From the NCBI RefSeq assembly GCF_023055435.1, contig NW_025963968.1:5828001-5892000 (forward strand): a DNA stretch of 64,000 nt. Reading direction: 5' to 3'. Positions within the stretch are counted from its first letter, which is position 1, and each line of letters starts with the position of its first letter. A model generated the notes under the pieces. That model ran no database searches. It was not told the DNA's origin and worked only from the letters and a program-made list of their open reading frames with translations. Origin of the DNA: Haliotis rufescens (lineage: Eukaryota). The translations under genes and the position numbers were made by a program. This document shows, one piece after another, positions 23,760 to 36,392 of this stretch.

Positions 23760-26700
23760 GTTGTGTGTGTATGTTACTGTATGCAAGAAGGGGAGCGATG
23801 ATTGTGTGTGTATGTCCCTGTATGTAAGACGGGTAGCGATGATTGTGTGTTTGTTTCTGTATGTAAGAAGGGTAGCAGACGATTGTGTGTGTGTTCCTGT
23901 AATAAGGGAAGCAAAAGATTGTGTATGCATATTCCTGTATGTAAGAAGGGTAGCAGATGACTGTGTGTGTGTATGTGCCTGTATGTGAGAAGGGTAGCAG
24001 ATATGGCGTGTGTATGATCCTGTATGTAAGAAGGGTAGCAGATGATTGTGTGTATGTTCCTGTATGTGTGAAGGGTAGCAGATGATTGTGTGTGTATGTT
24101 CCTGTATGTAAGACGGGTAGCAGATATGGTGTGTGCACGTTCCTGTATGTAAGACGGGTAGCAGATAATTGTGTGTGTATGTTCCTGAATGTAAGACCGG
24201 TAGCAGATGATTGTGTGTGTGTATGTTCCTGTATGTAAGACGGGTAGCAGATAATTGTGCCTGTATGTTCTTGTATGTAAGAAGGGTAGCAGATGATTAT
24301 GTGTATGTTCTTGTATGTACGGCGGGTAGCAGATGATTGTGTGTGTATGTGCCTGTATGTATGATGGGTAGCAGATGATTGTGTGTATGTGCCTGTATGT
24401 GAGAAGGGTAGCAGATGATTGTGTGTCTGTTCCTGTATGTATGATGGGTAGCAGATAATTGTGTGTCTGTTCCTGTATGTGAGAAGGGTAGCAGTTATGA
24501 TGTATGTATGTGCCTGCATGTGAGAAGGGTAGCAGATGATTGTGTGTGTATGTTCCTGTATGTAAGAAGGGTAGCAGATGATTGTGTGTATGTTCTTGTA
24601 TGTACGGCGGGTAGCAGATGATTGTGTGTGTATGTTCCTGTATGTAAGACGGGTAGCAGATGATTGTGTGTGTCTGTTCCTGTATGTAAGAAGGGTAGCA
24701 GATGATTGTGTGTATGTGCCTGTATGTGAGAAGGGTAGCAGATATGGTGTGTATGTGCCTGTATGTGAGAAGGGTAGCAGATATGGTGTGTGTATGTTCC
24801 TGTATGTAAGAAGGGTAGCAGATGATTGTGTGTGTGTTCCTGTAATAAGGGAAGCAAATGATTGTGTGTGTATATTCCTGTATGTAAGAAGGGTAGCAGA
24901 TGATTGTGTGTGTATGTGCCTGTATGTGAGAAGGGTAGCAGATATGGTGTGTGTATGTGCCTGTATGTAAGAAGGGTAGCAGATGATTGTGTGTATGTTC
25001 CTGTATGTATGATGGGTAGCAGATGATTGTGTGTGTATGTTCCTGTATGTATGATGGGTAGCAGATAATTGTGTGCCTGTTCCTGTATGTGAGAAGGGTA
25101 GCAGATATGGTGTGTGTATGTGCCTGTATGTAAGAAGGGTAGCAGATGATTGTGTGTATGTTCCTGTATGTAAGACGGGTAGCAGATGACTGTGTGTGTA
25201 TATTCCTGTATGTATGATGGGTAGCAGATAATTGTGTGTATGTTCCTGTATGTGAGAAGGGTAGCAGATGACTGTGTGTATATTCCTGTATGTATGATGG
25301 GTAGCAGATATGGTGTGTGTATGATCCTGTATGTGAGAAGGGTAGCAGATGAGTGTGTGTCTGTTCCTGTATGTATGATGGGTAGCAGAAGAGTGTGTGT
25401 CTGTTCCTGTATGTATGATGGGTAGCAGATGATTGTGTGTCTGTTCCTGTATGTATGATGGGTAGCAGATGATTGTGTGTCTGTTCCTGTATGTATGATG
25501 GGTAGCAGATGATTGTGTGTCTGTTCCTGTATGTATGATGGGTAGCAGATGATTGTGTGTCTGTTCCTGTATGTATGATGGGTAGCAGATGATTGTGTGT
25601 CTGTTCCTGTATGTATGATGGGTAGCAGATGAGTGTGTGTATGTTCCTGTATGTGAGAAGGGTAGCAGATGATTGTGTGTATGTGCCTGTATGTGAGAAG
25701 GGTAGCAGATATGGTGTGTGTATGTGCCTGTATGTGAGAAGGGTAGCAGATGATTGTGTGTATGATCCTGTATGTGAGAAGGTTAGCAGATGATTGTGTG
25801 TATATTCCTGTATGTGAGAAGGTTAGCAGATGATTGTGTGTATATTCCTGTATGTGAGAAGGGTAGCAGATGATTGTGTGTATATTCCTGTATGTATGAT
25901 GGGTAGCAGATGAGTGTGTGTATGATCCTGTATGTGAGAAGGGTAGCAGATGAGTGTGTGTTTGTTCCTGTATGTATGATGGGTAGCAGATGAGTGTGTG
26001 TCTGTTCCTGTATGTATGATGGGTAGCAGATGATTGTGTGTCTGTTCCTGTATGTATGATGGGTAGCAGATGATTGTGTGTCTGTTCCTGTATGTATGAT
26101 GGGTAGCAGATGATTGTGTGTCTGTTCCTGTATGTATGATGGGTAGCAGATGATTGTGTGTATGTGCCTGTATGTGAGAAGGGTAGAAGATAATTGTGTG
26201 TCTGTTCCTATATGTGAGAAGGGTAGCAGATGATTGTGTGTATGTTCCTGTATGTATGATGGGCAGCAGATGATTGTGTGTCTGTTCCTGTATGTGAGAA
26301 GGGTTGCAGTTATGATGTATGTATGTGCCTGTATGTGAGAAGGGTAGCAGATGATTGTGTGTATGTGCCTGTATGTGAGAAGGGTAGAAGATAATTGTGT
26401 GTATGTTCCTGTATGTGAGAAGGGTAGCAGATGAGTGTGTGTATGTTCCTGTATGTATGATTGGTAGCAGATGATTGTGTGTCTGTTCCTGCATGTGAGA
26501 AGGTTAGCAGATGATTGTGTGTCTGTTCCTGTATGTGAGAAGGGTAGCCGATGATTGTGTGTCTGTTCCTGCATGTGAGAAGGGTAGCAGATAATTGTGT
26601 GTATGTTCCTGTATGTAAGAAGGATAGCAGATGATTGTGTGTATGTTTCTCTATGTAAGAAGGGTAGCAGATGATTGTGTGTATGTTTCTCTTTGTAAGA

Positions 26701-27060
26701 AGGGTAGCAGTTATGATGTATGTATGTGCCTTTATGTGAGAAGGGTAGCAGATGATTGTGTGTATGTGCCTGTATGTGAGAAGGGTAGCAGATGATTGTG
26801 TGTCTGTTCCTGTATATGATAACGGTAGATAATTGTGTGTATGTTCCTGTATGTAAGAAGGATAGCAGATGATTGTGTGTATGTTCCTGTATTTAAGAAG
26901 GATAGCAGATGATTGTGTGTATGTTTCTCTATGTAAGAAGGGTAGCAGATGATTGTGTGTATGTGCCTGTATGTGAGAAAGGTAGCGATAATTGTCTGGT
27001 TTGTATGTTCCTGCATATAAGGGTAGCAGATAGCTGTTTGCGTATGACCCTGTATGTAAG
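23760..27060. repeat. Satellite B' (~40-bp GAAGGGTAGCAGATGATTGTGTGTATGTTCCTGTATGTAA)
   Basis: Tandem array, variant of satellite B, upstream of A4. Confidence 0.95.
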
Positions 27061-28075
27061 AAGATCATAGAAGAGCAAGTGAACACTTGCGTTGCCTTTG
27101 CATGTGTTTGTGATGGGTGCTGCGGGTGAGGCAGGATACACTCACCCTTTCGCGAACACATGGTATTTTCACTTTTTCATAGTGATCCATTAACACATGC
27201 TAATGATATAGTCGGAATCGTACAATGGACCTGCTTTCGGCATATATTTCTGATGATTATGGAAAGGGGTTTGTCGCTTTTACTTAAACATGGACGATAT
27301 GTACAGTCCTTTCCTGTTGCATTTCTTTACATTTCTCAATTCTTCTTTACAATTCTTTACATTTTTTTACGATTCGCATACAATCGACTCTGCTTATAGC
27401 AGAGATTTCCATTAAATATAGAAAGGATTTTGAGGCTGTTATTTATATATGAGCTTATTTTACAAATGCTAAAAAGAGTCCACTTGACATGCAGTACCAC
27501 TCAGAAATTGTTAAAAGCTTATTCTGTTATGCCTGTGTCCTAGATCTATACCTCGCTTGCAAAATCAGAGTAACATATTACCGTGTATTATACTTAATGA
27601 GCGATATTATGAAAAATCAAGATAAACAATTTTGGCTATTTCTTGGTGTAGGAAACTGTAGCTATTGTTTATATAATAAGATAATCAAATGAGTGCAGCT
27701 ACAAATTATAAATATATTTGTGGGTCCCTTTCTACAGTTTTAACCAATCAATACAAGCAGCAATCTAAGAAAAAATATTCTTGGGATTAGTTCGGGACAT
27801 AAAGACATCGAACATACCAGCGGACATATCCTGGTTATCTAAAGATGATATTTATTTAAACGTTCAATCAGCTCTGCTTTTGGAAAAAAAGACTTCACGG
27901 ATATGGAAAGTGTTTTGTTGCTTTTATTCAAAATTAAATCGAACCTTAGTGTACGGGACTGAGGTATCCAATTTGCTTATATTGAAAAGGTGCATTTTAT
28001 TTTATGTCATAAAGTATAAAGGAAAATATATGAAATACATTAGCATCAGGTAGTGTGGTATATTACCTTTATGTT

Positions 28076-28330
28076 TAGTGTTTATCGCCGCACTCACCAA
28101 TATTCAAGCAAAATGACAGCGGTCTGTAAATAATCGAGTCTGGACGAGACAATCCAGTGATTGATATCATGAGCATCGATCATCGCAATTGGGATACGAT
28201 GACATGCATCAACCAAGTCAGCGAGCCTGACCACCCGATTCTGTTAGTCGCCTCTTACGACAAGCATAGTCGCCTTTTACGGCAAGCATGTGTTGCTGAG
28301 GAACTATTCTACCCCGGGTCTTCACGGGTA
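28076..28330 (-). mobile_element. Short non-autonomous retroposon without tRNA head; copies 9301-9524, 10362-10586, 11143-11367 (-), partial 44140-44293 (+)
   Basis: 5' CCCGTGAAGACCCGGGGTAGAAT...TGCTTGTCGTAAGAGGCGACTAAC; its 3' tail AATATTG(C/T)TGAGTGCGGCG..AAAC(AAAC)n resembles that of the SINEs. Confidence 0.7.
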
Positions 28331-29560
28331 TGTAAGAACACACAATATGTAACTGTTTTGTAAGAACACACAATATTTACATGTATGTAAGAACACACAA
28401 TATGTACATGTATGTAAGAACACACAATATGTAACTGTATGTAAGAACACACAATATGTAACTGTATGTAAGAACACACAATATGTAACTGTATGTAAGA
28501 ACACACAATATGTAACTGTATGTAAGAACACACAATATGTCACTGTATGTAAGAACACACAATATGTAACTGTATGTAAGAACACACAATATGTAACTGT
28601 ATGTAAGAACACACAATATGTAACTGTATGTAAGAACACACATTATATAACTGTAAGAACATAAAATGTGTAACTGTATGTAAGAACACACAATACGTAA
28701 CTATGTAAGAACACACAATATGTAACTGAAAGTAACAACACACAAGATGTATGTAAGAAAACAAAATATGTAACTGAAAGTAACAACACACGAGATGTAA
28801 CTGTATGTAAGAACACACAAGATGTAACTGCATGTAACAACACACAAGATGTAATTGAATGTAAGAACACACAATATGTAACTGAAAGTAACAACACACA
28901 ATATGTAACTGTATGTAAGAACAATCAATATGTAACTGAAAGTAACAACACACAAGATGTAACTGTATGTAACAACACACCAGATGTGGCTGTATGTAAG
29001 AAAACAAAATGTGTAACTGTGTGTGAGAACACGCAATGTGTAACTGTATGTAAGAACACACAATATGTAACTGCATGTAACAACACACAAGATGTGGCTG
29101 TATGTAAGAACACATAAGATGTCACTGCATGTAACAACACACAAGATGTAACTGAATGTAAGAACACACAATATGTAACTGAAAGTAACAACACACAATA
29201 TGTAACTGTATGTAAGAACACACAATACGTAACTGAATGTAAGAACACACAATATGTAACTGTATGTAAGAACAATCAATATGTAACTGAAAGTAACAAC
29301 ACACAAGATGTAACTGTAGGTAACAACACACCAGATGTGGCTGTATGTAAGAAAACAAAATGTGTAACTGTGTGTGAGAACACGCAATGTGTAACTGTAT
29401 GTAAGAATATACAATATGTACATGAATGTAAGAACGCACAAGAAGTGGCACAATATGTAACTGTGAGAACATATAACATATAACTGCATGTAAGAATACA
29501 ATATGTGACTGTATGTAAGAACACAATATGTGACTATGCATAAATATACAATATGTGATT
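28330..29560. repeat. Satellite C (27-bp GTAACTGTATGTAAGAACACACAATAT)
   Basis: Tandem array; 9-aa periodicity in spurious ORFs. Confidence 0.95.
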
Positions 29561-29741
29561 GTGTGTTAGAAATATAGATTTCTAAACGAGTCCACGTGAG
29601 ATACCGTTTTTATTACGAGTGCACTTCAAAACTTCAAGACGAGTGGAGTGATCTATTTAGTACTCACTTTAACCTAAGATATTATCGACATTCAGCGTTG
29701 AAAAATACCTTTGCTGGTGTAAGCTGGTAAAAGAGTGGCGT

Positions 29742-29799
29742 CTGTGTGTGTGTGTGTGTGCGTGTGTGTGTGCGTGTGCGTGTGTGTGTGTGTGTGTGT
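29742..29799. repeat. (GT)n microsatellite
   Basis: Direct reading. Confidence 0.95.
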
Positions 29800-30815
29800 A
29801 CATATCATGATCATGCCGCAGTTTAATATGAATACCCTACTCAGACACAGTATACTGACTACGTGCCGACCAGTCCTTGTTTTAGCCCCTTAATGCCGAA
29901 CGCCAGACAGGGTTCCATGGAACAACAAGTTCCATCTTTTAACATCTTTTGGTATGACTCAGCTGGGGATCGAACCCCGGACCTTCCGCTCTGCGAGCGG
30001 ACGCTCCACTACTAGATCGTAGTGATCAATTTTATACGAGTCAGCAGTTAGTGTATATGGTATAGAATTGGTTGTAATTACCGTTAAGCTATACCCTTTG
30101 TTCAGTTTCGGAGCACGAAAGATTCACGACACGAGATTGCATCGGCTGACATTAGCACGGCATTACTACCGACAGGCCACGTGATCCAAGGGGCGCTACT
30201 CTCATTAACCAAACGAAGTTCAAGGTCGTAAGTAGACGTGGCGATGAATGTTGTGATGATCTTTCGACACAGTGCTTTGGGTATTGGCGATACTCTGAAC
30301 TATAAATGTAACGCTCATAATGCCACAAAGCTTGTACTGCTGCAATAGAGTTTGTATATTTTGTTTCAAACGTATTTGTTACGATGGTTGTGTTATAAAT
30401 CACAAGCTGCACAAACTCTTGTCTTGACTCCAGTGAAATATGTCAACAATACAGTTTTGAGATGCATGCTCAGTGAAAAACAACAGCAGTCCCTAGCACG
30501 GTGCTACCGACGCCTTCATTTAAATGACCAGTTGATGCCAAAATTGTCCCGTCGGCACGTGATGTTTAACACAATGTTTACCTGTATGCAAGAACAAACA
30601 AAAACATAAAATCAAAGATAAAGATTGCGGTGTTTATTATTGACGCATCCAGCTTTGAACAAAATACACACATGCAAGATATACTCATTTTTCAAATGAG
30701 ACCACACATAATCCCACCACAGAAACATGTGACATTTCAATTTCTGTTTGAAGGAGAACATCAACATCAGGTCCTCGGCTACAAAAGACTGAAACGTCAG
30801 TAGACATGTGCATAT

Positions 30816-33601
30816 CTATCCCGCGAGAGGCATAAGAGGTAAGTCAAGAGCCTCGCGGAGATAGAGGTCATAAGGATTGAACTGTTGTGAACCAGCGGGG
30901 TATGCTGCTGGTTCTACTGGTGGCTTTGGTGCTTGTTCTACTAGTGTTGTTGCTGCTGGTTCCGCTGCCTGTGTTGCTGCCGGAGTTGCTGCTGCGTCTG
31001 TTGCTGCCTTTGCTGCTGGTACTGCTTCCAGTACTGCTGGTTGTAGTGGTGGTTCTGCTGTCGGTGCTGATGCTGGTTCCGCTGCCAGTGCTGCTTCCTT
31101 GGGACTGTTAGCGACATTTGGTTTACCGGGAGCACCTGACGCTACGTGGCCAGGGAAGGGAGGAAGGTCCAGTGCCTCAGCGAGTTGAAGGGAGTATAAG
31201 CGATCAAACTTGTTTTGGTAACTTGCACCTTGAGCACCCTTCGAAAAGTAAGGCGCTTGGAAGGCAGACGTGGCAGCTGGAGACTGAGCTGCACCCCGGC
31301 TGGCAGGTGCTCCAAGAGTTTGAGCGAGCTGGTGCAAGTTCTGATGTCCACCATAGTGCGGAAGCTCCATTTCAGCGAGCATGCTGAGTCTCAACATTTT
31401 GTCGTAGTATCTGCCTTCAGGTCCAGCAGGGAAGAGACCAGATGCAAAACTTACCGGGGAGTTGGGTTCTGGAGCGGGTACCTGTGGTGAGGCTCCTGTC
31501 TTAGTTGCTGGAACCGGGAATGAGGAAGAAGCGGTGGCAGAGACTACGTTTGAAGCAGGGGCTGGAGCGAGAGGGGCTTGAGCCTGGACAGGAACGGAAA
31601 CAGGGGTAGGCGCATCGATTGCGCTTGAAGCAGGGGCTGAGACGAGAGGGGCTTGAGCCTGGGCAGGGGCGGAAGCAGCACGAGCATTAGGGTAGTCCTC
31701 CTTGATGATAATGATAGTATTATGGGGGAAGGGTTGGTGTCTAGGTGTGTTCCTGCCGTATCCTTGCTCGATCTGGGACCCGTAGTAATCAGGTTGGCCA
31801 TTGGCAATGACATACTGAGGCTGTGTGTTTGGAGGGTTCTCATACACCGTGGGTTGGACTCTTGAGGGACCAGAGGGCGTGACTATGGGGGTATATGTCG
31901 GAGCTTGGGGAGAGACCTTTTGAGGTCGTGGAGCTGGGGGATAGACATTATTTTGAGCTCTTGGAGCTGGTGGATAGACGTTTTGAGCTCTTGGAGCTGG
32001 GGGATAGACATTATTTTGAGCTCTTGGAGCTGGTGGATAGACAATTTGAGCTCTTGGAGTTGGGGGATAAACGTTTTGAGCTCTTGGAGCTGGGGGGTAG
32101 ACGGTTTCAGCTCTTGGAGCTGGGGGATAGACATTTTGAGCTCTTGGAGCTGGGGGATAGACATTTTGAGCTCTTGGAGTTGGGGGATAGACATTTTGAG
32201 CTCTTGGAGCTGGGGGGTAGACAGTTTCAGCTCTTGGAGCTGGGAGATAGACATTTTGAGCTCTTGGAGCTGGGGGATAGACATTTTGAGCTCTTGGAGT
32301 TGGGGGATAGACATTTTGAGCTCTTGGAGCTGGGGGGTAGACAGTTTCAGCTCTTGGAGCTGGGGGATAGACATTTTGAGCCCTTGGAGCTGGGGGATAG
32401 ACATTTTGAGCCCTTGGAGCTGGAGGATAGACATTTTGAGCTCTTGGAGCTGGGGGATAGACATTTTGAGCTCTTGAAGCTTGGGGATAGACGTTTCGAG
32501 CTCTTGGAGCTGGTGGATAGACGTTTTGAGGTCGTGGAGCTGAGGGATAGACGGTTTGAGCCCGTTGAGCTTGTGGTGCTGGGGGATATACTTTCTGATT
32601 TGGTGCAACTGGTTGGGTTTTTCGAGTAAGGGCAACGGGCCTAACTTGAGTGGACTTGATGACGTTTCTTCGGAGTGTTTCAGTTGGGTGGTATATAATC
32701 TGACTTTCTAAATTTTCGCGTCTGGGATTTACTAAATTGTAAGAGTTGACTCCAGATTTTGAACCTGGAAGAAAACCAAAATGCTATATTAACACAAGCG
32801 GCAAACCCTTTCCAAAATCATACAAATCTCTGCTGAAAGCAGAGTCCATTGTATGTTTATGAATCACTGTCAAATTGTGATAATACCAGGTGTTCGTGAA
32901 GGGTTTAGCGTACCCTGCTCCACCGGGGGAACCCGTTGTCACTTTAACTGTGTATTTGACAGATAATTAAATGCAAATGTTAATACTACTAAATCTTCTG
33001 AGAACATTAAATTTTCTCCGTGACCTGCTCGCACACACACAAGACGGTTACAGCTGGCCCACACAATGATGAGTGAGGGAGTGAGTGAGTATGGTTTTAC
33101 GCCGCTTTTAGCAATATTCCAGTAATATTCTGGGACACCAGAAATGAGCTCCACACATTGTACCCATGTCGGGAATCGAACCCGGGTCTTCGGCGTGACG
33201 AGCGAACGCTTTAACCACTAGGCTACCCGACCGCCACCACACAATGATGAAAATTCTTAATCGACTCGAAAAAATATAGGAAAACTTAATTATAGTTATA
33301 TATTGACATGCTTACCCATTTCAAAAGCATCGCTCAGAGAGTGATTGAGTGAGTGAGTGAGATGGGTTTAAAGCCGCTTTGAACGGGACTTAGACAGATG
33401 TATGGCAACAGCATTAAGCATTCCATCGTATGCCAGCTGGATATATGGGCAACTCAGGAAACTGTATGCTCTTGAAGACACGTATTATGTCAGACTCTGT
33501 TATGTTACCTCCATATCAACGTACTTACCAATTACGAAAGCGTCGCTCAAAAGACAGCAACAGCCTAGTACGGCCATGGCCAAGAGCATGGTGGCTCTCA
33601 T
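30816..33601 (-). CDS. Family B secreted Pro/Ala/Gln-rich repeat protein B1 (673 aa); complement(join(30816..32764,33529..33601)); probable non-coding exon 1 ending 35644
   Basis: 73-nt exon MRATMLLAMAVLGCCCLLSDAFVI, donor GTAAGT, acceptor ttccAG. The frame is open from 32762 through about 22 NVYPPAPRAQ decapeptides into ORF 30816..31847, whose GTG start is internal. Carries three L-[AR]-E-[AM]-L-[DE]-L-P-like motifs. Confidence 0.88.
33073..33237 (-). mobile_element. tRNA-SINE family 1 in B1 intron 2 (others 44991-45153, partial ~41752-41870)
   Basis: A/B boxes, (CTCA)n tail, 13-bp TSD CACACAATGATGA. Confidence 0.85.
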
Positions 33602-33788
33602 AGTATATATATTGTTGTCCGAAGAGCATTCTGAAAAGCAAAGACAATATATATCATTATATTCCAATAAACCTGACATACAGGTAGCAAGGCATTTAGT
33701 CTTTATTCACAAATGTGGAATAGAATCAAATATTGAAGCGAAGTGCTCAAAAGAGGTCTGAACAATCCTTCAGGGTTTTTTTTGTTAT

Positions 33789-33824
<36 letters not shown>

Positions 33825-34110
33825 CTAATAATAATGATAATAATCATCATCATCATCATCATCATATTAAAAATAATAATAACTTCTTCACACATTTATT
33901 TGTCTGATGATCATCTTGTGAAGCTTGTCAAGACTAATGATGGAAACAAGATATTCCACAGTTTTATTAAACGAGCCAAGTATGTGGGACATAATCTCAA
34001 TGTCAGTGTGGATTTTGTTGATGGTTCTGTACTGCTGGACGGCATAGAAACGAGTGTCAACCAAGCGAAGTGCCATGTCAAATCGGCCAATACTAAGTTT
34101 TTCAAGGAGA

Positions 34111-34394
34111 GTGAGTGAGTGAGTGAGTTGGTTTTAACGCCACTTTTAACAGTATTCCAGTTATATCACGGCGTGTCAGCTTAATGTGGGAGGAAAGCCC
34201 GAAGTGATGCAGGTCTCAGACATTTACCACTTCGGTGAAACCCACGAGCACGGGTATGGTGCTGACAAACCTAGAAACATAATCGGGGCGAACCGGGATT
34301 CGAACCCACAATCATAGGTTTCTGGCGTGTCCAAGGGACGCAACTCAGCACAGCGAATCACGGTGCTTTAGACGACTGGGCCACCCGTGCCCCC
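34111..34394 (-). mobile_element. tRNA-SINE family 2 (~280 bp)
   Basis: GGGGCACGGGTGGCCCAGTCGTCTAA head, GGGTTCGAATCCC B-box, (CTCA)n tail, 13-bp TSD TTTTTCAAGGAGA. Confidence 0.88.
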
Positions 34395-34479
34395 TTTTTC
34401 AAGGAGAAGCTATCATAACGATCACTGCATCTGTGCAAAGAACCCTGCAGCAAACCTGCAGAATCCTTCTCTTGAATAA

Positions 34480-35115
34480 AGTCTGCTGGCCTGAAAAGTG
34501 ATACAGAAGGCTTTCTCTTTGCTGCTGAGGAGCGGTCACTTTCCACTCGAAACCGTCAATGTGTGATTTGGAATCAAAATGTGAATACAAAATGTAGATC
34601 ATGCAATGAATTTAGTGAGACTGCCCAACACATTTTCAGTGGATGCACAAACACAGTATCTTAAACGACATGATGGAATGGCTCGATCCTATTATTACCG
34701 TTTTCGCCATGCTTCTGGTTTTGATACAGAGGTCCATCCATGGTACGACCCAGAATATGTAGAGGGCGTCTTGGAAAATGATAAATACAAAATTCTTTGG
34801 AATAGGCCCGTATACAACCTCAGACCTGTTCAGGCCAACAAACCTGAACTTGTCCTTTTTTTATAAACCCGATGAAAGTATTTATATCATTGACACTAAT
34901 GTCATTGACAAGGTTCAGGAAAAACATGGCATCATGCGGACCTCGTATCCCAAGTACCAAGTTGTCTGACTCCTCATTGTTCTCGGTGCATCCCAATCTG
35001 TTGACTGACATTGGAAGTGTACCCGAGTTTGCCGCCAGAATACAGCCCTTATGACAATCTGGGTAATACAGAAGGCTACAGTGTTGTGGAGTTAACATTC
35101 TGCGAAAGGTTCTGT
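34480..35115 (+). pseudogene. 3' relic of an RLE-type non-LTR retrotransposon (R4/Dong-like) in B1 intron 1
   Basis: CRSC knuckle (~34593), YLKRHD, KILWN....QANKPELVL and IYIID restriction-like endonuclease motifs; frameshifted. Confidence 0.65.
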
Positions 35116-35643
35116 GTGGGTCCGACTAGGCAGCGTTTCCTTGGGGGAAGTCCCATTCGCTGTCTGGGCTGCGTGTAGAAGGAGCAAGGGCACTGAGCTG
35201 ATGATGAGCCTAACCAGCCTGACTGTGCCAGGATCACACAAACCCTCTTTGTTGCATTTTTTTTATTTTAATCTGTACATATTAATGAAGATGCTCAAAG
35301 CGCTACATTGTGACCCCAGTCAGAGGATCAATGTGCACTCGGTTTTCAGTCTTATCTCGCTGGTGAGCATACAATCCAAGCAGCTTGTAAGGCGTCGGAG
35401 GGTTTACAGTCACACTACCATCTCACCCTACCGGGTACCCATTCACTGATGGCAGAACAGAAGCACTTGCGTAAGGAGACACCACATGTGCTACCAGCAA
35501 CATTTTTCAAAGGCTTTTTATAAAATATTTACCGGGAAAAACATTGATATCTCCTTTTACCTTGTCGTATGAAGCAAAAACAATGTTTCAAAGTTACCAG
35601 AAATATAAGCCGTGAAGGAACTACAAACAAACACAGAACTCAC

Positions 35644-35750
35644 CAATGACCGTTGTTTGTCTGTTGCTGTCCAAAGCATAAATGCTTCCTGTTTGAGAGA
35701 ATCACGGGGGTTAATAAACCTTCCTCGTCACCCGCAAATGGTCATCGTGA
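35644..35750 (-). promoter_or_regulatory. B1 putative promoter and non-coding exon 1 (TCACGATG 35743-35750, TTTATTAA 35711-35718, donor GTGAGT)
   Basis: Aligns by eye with the B2 promoter/exon 1 (gaactcac-ca ... ggggtt[at]ata[at]acct ... tcatcgtga). Confidence 0.55.
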
Positions 35751-36228
35751 CGGGTGACAATCCATCACCTGTGGTGTCACAATGTCCACTGTGGTGTCAC
35801 AATGTCCACTGTGATGTCATATCGCCCAGTGTGATGTCTCACTGCCCGCTGAGACGTTTCAATGTCAATGTCAATATACTCATACATTAAGGTTATCAAG
35901 TATTGGTCGAGACCGCTAAATGTGTCTTCATGTAGATTTCCCAGGAAATGATATATGATGTTAATGACTGACAGCAGTTTGGTAACATATGAAAGGTAAG
36001 TATTGTATAATGTTGGGTTTGGCTATGTTCGGAGTTATCAGTATTTAGAACCCCACTCTGTATTGGTCATGTCACTAACACAGTGCCTGAATGATATATG
36101 TATATTTAGAAGCTGGGTTCGATCTTTAACAACAGCATAAAACAAATGTACTTCTTTCGCATACATCATACACTGAACATTATTTATATATCATTTATTA
36201 TTTAAAAGAGGTCTGTACAATCCTTCAG

Positions 36229-36392
36229 NNNNNNNNNNNNNNNNNNNNNNNNNNNNNNNNNNNNNNNNNNNNNNNNNNNNNNNNNNNNNNNNNNNNNNNN
36301 NNNNNNNNNNNNNNNNNNNNNNNNNNNNNNNNNNNNNNNNNNNNNNNNNNNNNNNNNNNNNNNNNNNNNNNNNNNNNNNNNNNNNNNNNNNN
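36229..36392. other. Assembly gap (164 N)
   Basis: Run of n. The flanks match 33750-33772 and 33898-34085, where the intervening sequence is a compound microsatellite. Confidence 1.

Noticed and set aside
18427-29541. Many 100-300 aa His/Thr/Tyr/Cys-rich ORFs
   Set aside because: Translations of satellites B, B' and C; open in several frames at once, with no splice or promoter context
31883-32635. Long alternative-frame and antisense ORFs (MSIPQLQELK, ELGDRHFELL, SWSWGIDIL repeats; likewise 42922-43621)
   Set aside because: By-products of a 30-nt repeat lacking stops in several frames. Only the VYPPAP frame joins the signal exon and the conserved C-terminus in both paralogs.
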